Shown here piece after piece: positions 28,691-42,776 of a stretch of 64,000 nt of DNA (position 1 is the first letter of the stretch; every line of letters begins with the position of its first letter). Origin of the DNA: Botryllus schlosseri (Eukaryota); contig CM119371.1 in NCBI GenBank assembly GCA_051294905.1, forward strand, positions 2,792,001 through 2,856,000, read 5' to 3'. The position numbers and the translations under genes were made by a program. A model generated the notes under the pieces. It had not been told where the DNA came from. It worked only from the letters and a program-made list of their open reading frames with translations, and did no database searches.

Positions 28691-29707
28691 ATGCGTCATC
28701 GATCCGGGTCACTGATTTTACTGGTGTTTATGCTGGTGGTGGCATTTTGCGACATTTGCGACCCGATATCCCGAAAACACTCGCCTATATGAGGTAAGAG
28801 GTATATTGGCAGAATCAGGACAAAAAGTATACGGATTTAGACAAAGTTATTTTGGTCAATATAGTTGATCGTAAGCATCCGAAACCGTATTCCTGCATTT
28901 ACACGAATTGACGAGCGATTTTCGTCTTTTCAATCGGAACGCGAAATTGGACAGTTTGCTATTGTGAGCATATACTTATAACAAAATATTATTACAAAAT
29001 AATATGGACATCATAGTGACATCTAACATACGGAGCAAATAAAGAAATAAAGCCAAGAACGCTGTTATAATCAGCAAACAATTTCGCGACGCAATGCCAG
29101 ACCTCATTGTGTTGGCCTATTACTAATCAGATCCTCGCTTTCGTGATTAGGACTTATAATCATCAGTTGTGTACTAATTCATGTCGACATGCGCACTCAG
29201 GTATTGTTGCGATGATAGCAATGCCACTTCTTACTTACGTACGTCGTTTTGCAGTGGCACGCAGCGTTTGATTACCTAAAAGGGCCTTAGTTATTCAAAA
29301 TATCGATGCACGTATTCCGAATCAATTCAATTTCTTCAACCGGAGACCTGACGCGTTCCAATGAACTTGATTGCCAGAAAACTGAGCGGTATCTGACACA
29401 CCAATATCGAATTTCAAATAATTTGATTAATGAGGTCGTGACATGCGCTCAGGTGTCGTGTCGCTGCCCCTATTTCACTAAATTCGATTGCATGCTTCGG
29501 TATATATCAGACAGAGCGGATATTAACATGTCGAATAAGTGGTTAAATACTGTACATCTTTTGAATGGGATGTATACAAATGTGGTCTCGCTCGACTATG
29601 ACGTCAGCGATCATGAGCGATTGTAGCTTCGCAAGCATCCGCATACCAACATAAGATTACTTTTCGGTGTTTATGCTTGTTAGTAATAAATCCTAAATCG
29701 AACTCAC

Positions 29708-29812
29708 TTCCCAATCCAATTTTCCAGATAGCGATTCAATCCGACGATGCCCAAGAAATGAACGTAGCGCTGTTGCTGGGACTTTGTTGTTCCGCAAATC
29801 CAGTTTTTTCAC
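29708..29812 (-). CDS. Module B LRR exon (VKKLDLRNNKVPATALRSFLGHRRIESLSGKLDWE)
   Basis: 105 nt, intact ttccag| and GAA|gtgagt, open frame; paralog of the module A exon. Confidence 0.75.
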
Positions 29813-32800
29813 CTGGAACGATTGAAATATTTTATGAAACGTTGAAGAGAACCAAGTGTGAAAATAAGTATGAAATAAAGTGACAAACTAAAATCACCGA
29901 GCCGTAATCTATTTAGGTTACTGTCCGTGGATCCTCGACATAGCCTACATTACAACGCGATATTCGTAGATCATGCTATCGGTAATATCACATTCGCTGT
30001 CGTTTGTACTCCCGCAATATGAGTCATTTCAAAATATTCATAATTATAGAGCGCCTTATAGTCGATATGTAGTCCATTATCGCAGATAGGCCGACTATAG
30101 TAGTCCTATTCGTTATTCAAATATGTGAAGCTCGTCACGAAACGTATCTTTTTTTGTGCATGGCGACCAGTCACACTTCTCGAGGTGATTATCGTTTTCG
30201 CGCATTCGATATCGTTTCTACATCCGATTAATTCATACAGATCAAAATCAAAATCATTCCGTATTCCGACGGACGAACGATCAACTTATACAGACGGCTC
30301 ATCGTGGCGCAAGCGAGATTGCAATCGAATTGAACTAATTGCTTTCGGAATGGTGTCGGAATTAATGATGACTAGGGCGATTTTTTACCAGAATAACGCG
30401 AGGATTTTGACCGGAAAAATCAAAATTTTAACATTTTTCTTAACTTAAAAAACTTAATTTTGACCAAATATTGCCCTTATGTATGTAAATTAGGTGTTTT
30501 CGCACATATTGTTATAATTGTACTACTTATCGTCATTTTTAGTTTGAGCTGTCTTCCTTACGAAGTAGTTTGAACTGAAAGAAATTTTGTCTCCAAAACT
30601 GACAAATTTTTACTGGAAAAAACTTAATTTTAACTAAATCTGGACCTATGAAGAATTCCTAGTTACATCACGCATTATGATAGAAATAATTAAAGTGTGT
30701 TGTAGTACATCCAAAGATACTTTCCTACATTCCAGGGTATAAAGTGTCTGTCCATATCAAGTAGCTTGTCAAGAATGGAGAAAGAACGCTCAAAAGCAGC
30801 AGCTGGCAACACCGAAGTTGTGCGTACACTGCTGGTGAGAGAGCGTGTTGCATCATTCTGACAATGTTGTCTACATCGCAATTTTTATTTTGTGCCTTTC
30901 TGGATATAAGAACCAATGCCCACGCAGTCTTGCTTCCGTTAGGATATTGCGATACGTTGAGCATAACACCAAGTCAACCTATTTGTTTTATTTGACCGCT
31001 TATGATTGACAATGAGCAGACAATGGACCGTCTACAATGGTAGTTCTACATCTACGATACAAACGAATTGCAAATAAATTTTGAATTTGTAAACAACTTT
31101 GACAATTTTTATACCTAACGCTACAATTTTAACAAAAGATTGACCTTTTTTTCAATGTCAAAAATCGCCCTAATAGCCATTAATATGTTGAATAGTCTTG
31201 AATAATTGGCACAGTACTTCGGTACTGTCCACCTCTGATGTAGATACCGAATACCAGTACCAGCACCACAAGAGAAAACGAATTAGCACAGTCCGTTATT
31301 TCACACCCGAGCACTCACATCTGATACATGAGACACCATTGTCTTACAAAACTGATCGCTTGGATGAAATTTGATCACGCGAGAAAACATAATCAGCATG
31401 GATCAACTGAGACCCTGACGTTCGATGAAGCCGTATATTGTTACTATTAATGTTATCGCTGTCAATATTATTGAATTTGGCTGGGTAGAAGTGACGAATA
31501 ACACTGGTCAATAAAATGAAAAAGATATTTTTTGCCGGACATGTAAGAGTAATTTCTGGGGTTTTCAATCTTACTGATTACGAATATCAAATTCGTTTTT
31601 TCCAGATTGACTTTAGTTTAGAAAATACTTATACCCCTGAAAAAAAACAAATTACTGTATTTGCCCCCTAAATATTTCTTTTGGTTAAGTAAATCGCAGC
31701 ATTTCTACTTTTATACTGCCCATAAATAGAGAATAGACTATGAAGAACGCTCATGTCATCTTCAGTTATTCATTCAATATGAGCATGACCTGCTGTGAGA
31801 TCTTTGTCAGTAAAAAGAAAGCCGTTTGTCAAGCCTAGTAATTTTACTTTTGCACAATAGAACCTCTTGAGTAAGTAGTGCAAGTAAGCAAAATTTGTCT
31901 GAGTACTTCGGAAAAGTAGGTGGTCAATATGAAAATTCCACTTATAGAATGATGAAAACTTATCCCAATATAACGTTACGATACGTTCTCCTTTTTGAGG
32001 TTTTTGAAAATGTCCTCCGAGGACGCTCTATTTTGGCTGATAAATAGACTGGGGCTATACATTTTTTACAGGTATTTTAGCAGTTCCACGCATGCGTGTG
32101 CGGTATGACGGCCTTATTTAACTGTATGGCTTATTCGTCCCTCCATTCAAAATATATGGCAACTTTCAAACAGCTATCAGAATGCAATGACGTAATATAT
32201 GCCTCGTACTGCAAAAAATCAACTTGACTTGGATTGTGACTTGAATCGTGACTTGACTAGACTTGACTCGAGTCACCTCAAAAAATCAAGTGACTTGACT
32301 TGACTCGAGTCACCTTCAAAAATCGATTCACTGGACTTGATTCGAGTCAAAATATGCAATGACTCGAGATGACTCGAAGGTAGTCACTTGATCCCAACAC
32401 TGATATGATTTGAAAAGGTAAAAGTAGTTTCATGATACGCTTGTATGACTTTGATGAGTGAAATCTTCATGCGAAATCGCCATCAGCGTAACTGTTGAAT
32501 CCATTTTTCACGATTGTTCCTACTTGCGACGCTACTAATCATTATGCGTTGGACGCCTCTTGCAATTTAAAAAGTAGCCACAGCCGAAACTCCGCCGAAT
32601 ATTTGCGGTCCCTCCACCGAAACTATTTTCAGAATTACTTACTTGAGTACTTTTCCGATCTTTGGTTCGCTACTTCCACTTGAAGTAGTTATACAAGACT
32701 TGTAAGCAGTTGATTGTACTTGTGATTGCACATTAGGGGCGTTCAATCTTACAGGTTACTTGATAAAATTGTTACGTTACCTAATTAAAGGCTGAACACC

Positions 32801-34910
32801 AAATTTGGTTCAATTTTAACCAGTAGCCGCATTGCTACAAGAGAAGAAAGTTTTGTATTTATTATGTAAAAATATATAAAACAACCTAAATTTTCTGTTC
32901 ACCCCATTATATTGCTAGGTTTTGTGCAGAAACGTTGGTCAGCAAATTTGGCTCATTTACAACCAGTGGAAACAGAGTTATTGCAGTTGAAATATTTGGA
33001 TTGGAATAAAATAGTATTTACGGTGGCTAAGTTATCATTTAATTCATATGCAGCCATCCTTCATGGGATTTTGAAAAGTAGAATGTAGTTTTATGACACG
33101 TTTGAATCACTTTGATTTGTGAAATCGTCATAGGAAATCGAAATCGCCATCAACGTAACTGTTGAATCTACTTTTCAAGATTGTTGCAACTAATGACGCT
33201 ACTAATAATTTCGCGTTAGTCGCAGAGACTCTTCTTGAAATTTCGAAAAGTGGCCACATCCGATGGACTGCCAAATATTCGCTAAATCTACCTGTAATAG
33301 GGTACAAATTTACCCCAACCCTTCGACTTTGACTCGATTAGCCTAGGCTGACTACTTGACCACTTGTGCGTGCATTCGAGTCTCGGCTAAAAATATTTGA
33401 GACGCAAATTCAGTAGACATTGGGAATAAAAGTTTTAAGTTGAAACATGCTTCTTACTGCACTGCGCATTCTCTCGTCACTAAAATATCAATTTTAATAT
33501 CTTATCCGCCTTTCGTAGTAATTGGTCCAATTAACACCAAGGAATTAGTAAAACACCATATTCCGCACTACTTGCATTGCAACAGATGAATTATTATAAA
33601 TTCAAGCGCGCACAAAAATGCGTTCCATTACTTATTTTTGTTGGATATTCAGTTATTGATTGCTTGATTACCAACTGGCAGGTACAGTACCGATTAAAGT
33701 AAAAGAAAATCAAATAGTGGAATCGGTCAAGAATGAATCAACATTGACGTTTACAGCAAACTTAAAACTATATAAATTGTATAAGAAAAATAACTGTAAC
33801 CAACCTTTTCTATTCTATACTCTGATATCTTCCGCAAACCAACCTCTTGGGCGACCAGTTTTTCAATCAATTTGACAAATGTTGCATCGAAAAGGTCGCT
33901 GACATATTTCAATGCTACCGCGGAAACCGTTTTGAAAGATAGACTGGAATCCTGTGAAAATAAAATGTTGTCAACTACGTCACAATCATCCAACAACAAC
34001 CCTAAGATATACGTCCAAGCATGAGACATGAATCATGACTACTGCGGACAAGGCGATGGGATCGCGTTATCAAAACATATCTTGCGAAAAGAGCAGACTG
34101 AATTTGCCTGCATGAACCACGAATCCGTTACATGAATTATATTGACCTAGACATTCGTGGAAATATATTACTCCCTTCACATCTATTTTGCTCGAAGCAT
34201 AACAAGGACCCTCCCCAAAAACAGCTCTTCATCTTGGTCCCTCTCTCTCTCTCTCTCCCTCGCTCGCTCGTTCTCTCTGTCTCTTATTGGAAGTACGTAA
34301 TACTTTGTTTCATTGTATTGCAATCGTGTAGTTATATGAATTAAATAAATTTGAATATAATATAATTTTATATATTTGAATTGAGAAAAATTAATTATTT
34401 AATTCCAACTCGCACTCATCTCACTGGTAGGCACGATAATGATGGTGTCAGGTACCGCTTACTGCCACAATAGCGTTTTACATAAATCAAAGCAAAAATG
34501 CTTCCAGAATATACCTTGAACGCCCCCGCCACCACCACATAATATTTCGGTGAACAGTTCAGAATATTTGAAAAATATTGCTTGTCTGTTGAAAATTGCG
34601 ATAAAATAACTGCAATCCTTCGATTTTTAATGGATGTAATCGAAAATCCTGAATGTACTTGAAAATCAAAGTACAGTGCCGAATTTTTTTTTCTAACTGT
34701 ATGCAAAAATCTCGTTACTTAGAAAATCATCACAAGCTGTAATCTTACTATTCTTTACAAAAGCATCTCGTCCTCGTGACGCTCATAATGACGTCATAAG
34801 CTACAGACTGGCTATACTAGACATCAAAGTCATCGCTTCGTGTGCCAAGTGTTGTTTACAGCTTGATGCATAGTAAAGTCGCTAAAATGACTGCAATTTC
34901 AGTCCAATCA

Positions 34911-35057
34911 TTAGTATGGACTCGTTATCGAAGTTGAATCAACTTGATATCCAACCTTGAAGTCAAAGTGACCTTCAATCCCGTCACCACTTATCTTGAT
35001 GACATCTTCTTCGTTCTTCAATTCAACATCCCCACCATCTAGAGTCAGCTTGACAAC
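34911..35057 (-). CDS. Module A terminal exon (VVKLTLDGGDVELKNEEDVIKISGDGIEGHFDFKVGYQVDSTSITSPY*)
   Basis: attcag| phase-0 acceptor, 48 codons then TAA; ATTAAA on the minus strand at 34626-34631. Confidence 0.75.
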   Translation of the reverse strand, partial: VVKLTLDGGDVELKNEEDVIKISGDGIEGHFDFKVGYQVDSTSITSPY

Positions 35058-35513
35058 CTGAATATTGTTCACATGTGAAACTTTGAGATCGTGCATTGTA
35101 TCGCTATTCCACCAAATATCTTGACGTCATATCACACATATAGTGACGACCGCAGCATCATCGATCATCATCTGCTATACGTCATCGATACGGGTCACTG
35201 ATTTTACTGTCGTTTATTCTGGTGGTGGCCTTTTGCTACAATTGCGACCCGATATCCCCGAAAACACTCATTTATATGAGATAAGAATTATATTGGCGGA
35301 ATCAGTTATTTTGGTCAATATAGTTGATCGTAAGCACCCGGAACCGTATTCCTGCATCGACACGAATTCACGAGCGATTTTTATCTTTTTAATTGGAGCG
35401 CAAAATTGGACAGTTTGCTATTGTGGGCATGTACTTCAAAATAACATGAACATCATAGTGACTTCCATAATACAAGGGAAACAAAACACTGCAGTCCAAA
35501 ATGCTGTTATAAT

Positions 35514-35955
35514 TAGGGCTGGGCACAATGATTCGAGTGTTCGAATCTGAATCGAGTACTAATTTTAATGATTCAAGTCAAGAAGTAAAAGATGATTTTT
35601 AGGAGTAGGCCTACCGAAATCATGCATTCGTCGACACTGAAAGTTACTTATCAACGAGAATTTCAGTTTTGACAGTATTTCCCAGTTTGTAAGCCCTGGA
35701 ACCATGATTGGTCGCATAGCAGCATATGAAACATATTGTACAAAGCTATGAACGTTACTGGAATAACATATTTCCAAAGTCAGGATCATCTCACAACAAT
35801 GTCACAAACCGCAATGAAATCGGTATGTTATGAAAATTCCGAAGTATCAATAATGTGATGCATAACAACAGGCATTATATTATTTGTGGTGGCATAAAAG
35901 CTGAGTACGTGATTCAGAATCGAATCACTCAAATACTCGATCCTGCCTAGCCCTA
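35514..35955. mobile_element. TAGGGCTGGGCA-family MITE
   Basis: Same TIRs and internal sequence as 242-757 in reverse orientation; absent from the paralogous introns. Confidence 0.82.
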
Positions 35956-37903
35956 TAGTCAGGGTTGCCATACCGTCCTTATTTCTAAGATTTGTCCTTA
36001 TTTTGAAGGGTCAGGTCTTAAAAAACTCAACCGTCCTTATTTCTAAGAAATGTCCTTGTTTTCGAGTTGCGTCCTTATTTTGTCTTATTTTCAACAGCTA
36101 CAAAACTTCGATAGTTTTCCTCTGGTATCTGTGTTGCATGATATTCTAAAATTATGCTTTTGCATCCAGATTTTATAACATCATAAATGAAAGGAACTCC
36201 GTGGCGTACACACCGCAGTATTTGACTTCTAAGTGGTGAGATAGCTAGGACAGTGAGTGGCCGTATAGCAGTTTTGCCTGTACCAAGATATCGCAGTGGA
36301 CGTCATTTTAGCAGTAAAAAGCAGTATACTCTGTTTCTGCAGTTTAGTCTAGGCACAATAAGCTGTGGAGAAAGCATCATTTATTGCATAGTGAAAAAAG
36401 ACGCAGTGCAGTCGACAATTAGGTTAAAAAGTAGTACAGCTATAAATCAATCTAAATTATATTGCACGTATAGTTTTAGCTACTATTAAATCCTAATGTG
36501 ATTAGTTAAAATGAGCAAGCGTAAAAAAATTTTTTGTGACGATTATGGGAGAAAATTCAAGTGTATCAAACGAAGCTTGACGGGCGAGTGTTTCGCATAT
36601 TACAATATCTGCAATTGTGACAATAATCTGGAGGCCATAGGAAAGACCGCTATTTCAACTCACAGTGATACCACCAACACAAGTGTGTCATAATGATTGA
36701 TTCGAAGCAGTCAATGTATAATTTTTTTCACAAGTCGATCAGCACCAACGACCACAGACTACAAGGCAGCCGCTGCTGAGGGTAGCCTAACTGGGCATTC
36801 CATATTGTCAAACACTAGCAATCATTCTTAACCAACGATTGCACATCGCAACTGTTCAAAGCAATATTCCCCGATTCCAACATCGCAGAGAAGTTTGCTT
36901 GGGCCAGGACCAAGACTACAAGCAATGTTACTGGAGTTCTTGCTCCACCCGCTCAAAAAATGATTTCATGTCTGAAATTGGCGTACAGTAGCATACATGT
37001 ACAGCCGTTTTCCATCTCGGTCGACTCCGATAATCACAACGAGGTGAAGCTATTTCCTCTAGGCCCTTTTCATACCGGATTTACGAAACTCTTTCGGGAA
37101 CAAGTTCCGAAACAGGCGATGTTCACATAGAGAAAAAATTACCGGAACAGTTCCGGGAAAAGGACGCGTTCATACCTATTTAGAGTTACCGCGAACTTAT
37201 GTTCACACAGGTCGTGTTTTCGGTAAATTCGCGGGAAATTATGGCCAGTATGAACGCGATTCTCCGTAACTGTTGATAGTTACGAAACCATGTCTGTGGG
37301 GTGTTCCAGTTGTAATGTGCTTGTGGAAAACAATGTGGGAGAGGCATATACGTGAGATGCGGAGAAGTTGGCTCCAACTTTTAGCTATGGGATGTTGCGG
37401 ATATGCCTTCTCGAAGTGTATGGGACTCTATACTCAATATCCGTATCAGTAATAGAGCCCGAGTGTGTTCCTGACTTGTATATTATCAACCGAAGCTGAG
37501 AGCAGAAACTGAAAGCCAGCAAAGAGGATAGAGTCCTGGAATGAAAAGAACCACCGATCAGGCGATCACATCTGCGTACGAGGTACGACAAAGTCAGTTT
37601 ATCTTTGTGATTGCTGTATAATGGTTTGGGTAAATCTAATCTTATGTACACTGTACAGAGAAACCATGGAAATCGAGAAATTCGTGAGAGAAACATTTGG
37701 TATACTCTGCGACGAGCTTCGAGACCATAACGAAAAGCAGCAAGCAAATTACACGAACTCAATTTCTCTTGCTTGCTGAGTAGCTGTCGCTCTTTGGCGG
37801 CTAGCCAATGAAGCCAATCGTTTATAGATCCAGGTAAACATCAGATGTATTTTAAGAATGCAACTGTCACAAGTTGATTTTAATAAAAATTGCTGGTGCC
37901 TAG

Positions 37904-38409
37904 TAGGGCTAGCCACAGTGATTCGAATACTCGAATCTGAATCGAGTATTAACATTATTGATTCGAGGCGAGTAGTAAAATACTACTTTTCGAGTAGGCT
38001 ACTGAAATTATACTGAAAGTTGATTTACTAACGAGAATTATACCATAGTTTTGATAAACTTTACCACTGAGTAAGCCTTGAAACCTTGATTGGCCGTGTC
38101 GCAACATACGAGATATAGTGCAAAGCTACGAACGTTGCTGGAAATAACACATTTCCGAAGTCATGACCATCCCATATAACACTGTCAAGCAGTGCAATGA
38201 AAACGGTATGGTCGAAAAAACATTAAAGTATCTTTAATGTGACGGACAATAGGTGTTATGTTCTTTATGGTGGCATAAAAAGTAGCCTACACATTTGAAT
38301 TTTTGTCATGGTACATTGTGTTGTGATGTCATCATGATGATACTTGACTCGAAGCGTAATAAGTGATTCAGAATCGAATCACTCAGGTACTCAATTTTGC
38401 CCAGCCCTA
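37904..38409. mobile_element. TAGGGCTGGGCA-family MITE interrupting the Harbinger nuclease
   Basis: TAGGGCT...AGCCCTA ends; TSD gtgcctag/gtgcatag. Confidence 0.85.
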
Positions 38410-39001
38410 GTGCATAGTAATATTTCTATATTTGTCATGGCGGAATGTCAGCCAGTTTTTGCGTAGCATACCACTGCAAAAAGGTCAGACAAATTTGGTC
38501 TTGAATCATTATGTCAGAAAAAGAAGTCTGAAAGACCAATTGTTCTTGCCAAGTAGGCTACTTTCTGTCTCAAAAGTAAGACCCAAATTGATGGAAAATA
38601 GACTCAAATCTGGAAACTGAGCAGTCATCATAATGACTTGACTCGAGTCATAGAACCATGAATCGAACTCGGCGCTCTGCTCGATGAGTTGGACTCGGAT
38701 TTGACTCGGTGGTAAATTGAAAATGACTCGACTTGAATCTAGTCAAAACTATTAAAGTGGGATCGACTTGTGACTTGGTTACAGCCCTGCTCACTTATTT
38801 TAATGAGACCAAATTTGTATATTTTTGTAGTGTAGTCAGACATGTACAATGTACATCAACCTACTCATTTAGTTACTTTTAAGTAAGTAGTTCTAGTTAG
38901 GGATTTGAAAAAGTGAATAGTTTCTGGTTCCAGTTGCGGATATTTGAAAGTGAGTAGTTCCAGTTCTAATTGCAGATTTTGAAAATTTGATAGTTCTAGT
39001 T

Positions 39002-39674
39002 CAGGGCCGGCCAACCCGTGGCCCGCGAGTGAATTTTCGAAATTAGTAGTATTATCAAAAATGCATTGCACAGATTGTGTATTTGCAAGGCCAATCAAAA
39101 ATTTGATTAGTCTGGCCGCAACACTTGAGATGTGATGACTGAAATATCAGTTCCGACGCATTGGTAGATCTATGAGCCAGTCACATTTTGGTAGATCTTC
39201 GTACACTACAATAAAGCAGAATACTTTGAGATAGATTTATCAAAAGTAAAAATTTTCTACACGGTTAGCGCAACATGTTGTCACTCGATTTGTTGCTTTT
39301 AATATTGTTACCCCTTTGTGAAAATGAAAGAACGCCTAATGTATCAGATTGAGTCTAACAATATTCTCGGTTACAAGGCAAAGTGTCGTTGAACATATGC
39401 GACCTTGCGTTTGCGCTCTCAGAAAGACCGTCGACTTTGAAACCTAGGCTCAAAATGATTGCCGCATGTTGGACGAAGCTTTCGATATCGATATGTTCAG
39501 GTGCCGAATAGTCCAGTCCTTGCAAACTGAGCCCAGCGATATACACCAGCTTCCAATATAGTCCAGTGACAATATTATTAATTTATCACTTCAAAAAATG
39601 TTCGCGGCTAGTGGCCCGCAAAATAGTTCGTCAATCGAATGTGGCGATTTGGCTGAAAAGGTTGGCCACCCCTG
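39002..39674 (+). mobile_element. Charlie/Buster-type hAT deletion derivative nested in a MITE inside the Harbinger
   Basis: Ends CAGGGCCGGCCAACC / GGTTGGCCACCCCTG; 8-bp TSD TTCTAGTT. Confidence 0.85.
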
Positions 39675-42070
39675 TTCTAGTTGCTAGTTTAAAAAATTGA
39701 GTTCTAGTTAAAATTGCGCATTTTGGAATTCCAGTACTTTGTACAAGTCTGAGCGCTGTGGGTGGATAAAAAATTACCACAGCAACATTTGTACCAAACA
39801 TGCATTTGCTGCATTCAAGTTTTTCAGGATGACTTCATGATTGGGAGCCAGAGGGTTGCGTACTAGCCTACATAACTGATGACGCAGCCTATCCCATTCA
39901 GCCGCGGCTCATGAAGCCTTTTCCCTGAAACACAGAGCATAAGCTAAAGCTAGTTTCAAATATGTAATACAAATTTCCTTTCTGCTACCCTTAAAATTCA
40001 CAATTGCTTTTTCAGAAACTTAGCAAAGCACACTTGAAGGTTGAAAGATTTTGGTCGACTGAAGGCGCGGTGTTCGGCTTTGCTCAGAAACTGCAATCCA
40101 CTAAGGGCAGAATGATACAGAGGATGGTATACGCAATGAAGACAAGACCTGGTGGTGATCCAAGTATCGCTGGCCCAGACGTCGGAAATGCCCTGTGTGA
40201 CTTTCTCAATAAACAATGCTCCAGCTTAACCAGATGTGTTTGTGCTGTTTCATTTTATTCATGAGAGAAACTATAACTTAATGCACACTTGCACAGTTCC
40301 ACCTTTTTCATCAGTATCCTCCATCTAGACCTGCGAAAAGATCAGATTAAGTTACACTTGCCTAACATTGCATAACAAAGGAATGACTTGGTTGCAACAA
40401 GAAAATGAAGGCATAGGGTATAACCAAATTATGGCTTGGATGATGTACGATGGTTTACCAGCCCGTTGGTACAATTTCAATTTTGGTTAGTGATCCCGAG
40501 CTAGGGACATCATTCTCTGCTGCCACTATCAAGGCAGATGTTACTGAATCCCCTTTTCAGTAGGCGTATACCACGGTGACTAACCTACGCACAGCATATC
40601 CGTGGTTAGAAACTTGCCTTTGATGTAACAAATTTGGTAAGGGTTAAGATCACCTACCAAATTAGTGTTGAAGTCCTAAAGTTTTCAGGCAACTCACCCA
40701 ATACTGCATCATTTGGAGATGGTGTTCTACCTTTTTAGCCGTGCTGCTCTGTTTACAAAACCTCAGAAAAAAGAAGCTGACTAGTAGTCAGTGACTAGGT
40801 ATTGTGGGCTTACATAATATAAATCCAAGAATAATGCATTCCCAACACCATTACACAAGAAGACCAAAATGCCGCAGGTAGCTGACCTCGAAATACAAGC
40901 AGCCTGAATGAACAGCGCGTTACCGTAACTAAAAGTTTGATTGACAGCGTTCCGGGAACCCAGCTGCGCCATTCGTGTTCATACTCAGTCGGTCCCGTAA
41001 AAATCTCCGAAAATAAGCGCGTTCATACCGCCCCGAAACACCAGTGTTATGTTCACATAGAGGGGTTCCGGTAAACATTTTCGAGAAATGTTATTCCCGG
41101 AACCCCGGTATGAAAAGGGCCCTAGTTATCAGATTCTTTAACGTCAAAGGCTCGTATAAATCCAAAATATGCACAATAAAACGCATTTTAATGCTAATCT
41201 AATTTTCAACTGTCCTTATTTTTGGGTCAATATCGATGGCAACCCTGCCTATAGTTATGAACAGTGAGCAATTTCGCTATGCGATGTCAAACTCATTGTG
41301 TTGGCCTGAAAATCAGATACGCACTTTGTTGATTAGGAGTAGTAATATTCAGCTGCGCACTAATTCATGTCGACATGCACACTCCTGAATTTTGACAATG
41401 CTAGCAATTTTACTTGTTAATCGCGCAGTGCATTCTGCAGCGGAACACGGCGTTTGATTACGTGAATGTGACGTAATTTGTCAAAATATCGATGCACAAT
41501 TTGATCACCGCCAGACTGATCGATCACACCAATATGGAATTTTACTACATTGCATTCATTTGATTCATTGTCAATTTACTAGAGAGCGGATTTTTGTTGA
41601 CGAGGTCGTGACATTAGATCAGTGCTCTTATTGCTGCCTTACGCTACATAGTTAACTATTTCAGTGAATTGGATTACATAGCTCGATATTATTGAGACAG
41701 TGCTGATATTAAAACATCATATCAGTGGGTAAATACTGTACATCTCTGGGATGAATGCAGAGTAGGGCCGCTCAAAAAAATGTTCTTCAGATTCCACTGG
41801 CTATGTGATAAAATTGATAGGTTGGTTAAAACGACGCTATAAACCAAATTTGCCTTCAAGTCCAACCAGTAGAAGCGAGATACTTGCCATAGAAAGTTTT
41901 GAAATTATCATTAAAAAACACACAAATAAACCAAAATTTTCTGTCAACCCCATAAAATTGTTAGGCTATCAGTAGAGATGATGCATACCAAATTTGGCTA
42001 AATTCCAACCACTAGAAGCGAAGTTATTGCAGTAGAAAAATTTCCAATTCCATGATTTTATAGGAAATAA

Positions 42071-42305
42071 TTATAGCTTTCAATACAACATCCATTGTAG
42101 TACAATATTTAAACTCAAATACTTTCCGGCACTTTAAAGGGATTTAAATGGATTTAGAAGCAAAACCAAATCTGTTTAACTCCCTTCAGGGTGCCGTTAA
42201 CTCTTGAAATAGGCAACGAAAAAGTCTTTGAGTTTAATAAATATTCTACTACAATGGATATTGTATTGAAAGCTATATTCATGTTCTGTACCACGAACCA
42301 GCTAT
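42071..42305. mobile_element. Small fold-back made of the same Penelope-like 3' end, inside a MITE (~41763-42630)
   Basis: tatagctttcaatacaacatcc...ggatattgtattgaaagctata inverted arms; matches 16160-16300. Confidence 0.7.
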
Positions 42306-42776
42306 TTGATTAAATAATTAAAGAGTTAGCTACCGTAAAATTATTTTATTCGAATCCAGATTTTTTCTGCCGCAATAAATTCGCTTGTATTGGTTTGAAT
42401 TGAGCCACATTTGGTGTGTATCGTCTCTACTGACATCCCAACAATTTTATGTTGTTGACAGAAAAATTTCAAAATTTAATTTTTTAATGATAAATCCAAA
42501 ATTTTCTTTTTCAATAAAATCGCTTCTACAGGTTGCAATTGGCCCAAAGTTGGCTTGGAGCGTTGTTTTCACCAACCTAATAATTTTGTAACATAGCCGA
42601 AGAAATCGGAAGGTTTTTTGAACAGCCCTGATGTTGAAAATGTATATGTATAGTGCTTTCTATCACGACTATGACGTCACCAATCAAGTGCGATTGTCAT
42701 GTCACAAGTCTCCGCATACCCACATAAAATTATAGTGGCTTGTTAGTACGCAACTGAATCATAGAATCGATCTCAC

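Larger units (their letters stand above)
37062..41121 (+). mobile_element. PIF/Harbinger transposon relic nested in the hAT
   Basis: TIRs GGCCCTTTTCATACCGG / CCGGTATGAAAAGGGCC, 3-bp TSD CTA. HARBI1-like nuclease remnants RETFGILCDELR..VAVALWRLAN (~37690-37810), DAAYPIQPRLMKPF (~39880) and KLSKAHLKVE..FGRLKAR (~40020-40070). Confidence 0.9.
35960..41247 (+). mobile_element. hAT transposon (CAGGGTTGCCA ends), deleted and interrupted
   Basis: TIRs CAGGGTTGCCAT / ATGGCAACCCTG with perfect 8-bp TSD CCTATAGT. Decayed transposase from 36511 (MSKRKK..., IFPDSNIAEKF, FSISVD..NH..VKLFPLVIRFF). Confidence 0.92.

Noticed and set aside
35143..35550. 135-aa plus-strand ORF
   Set aside because: Intronic sequence of the duplicated unit; the paralogous copies have indels and stops, and the ORF runs into a MITE.
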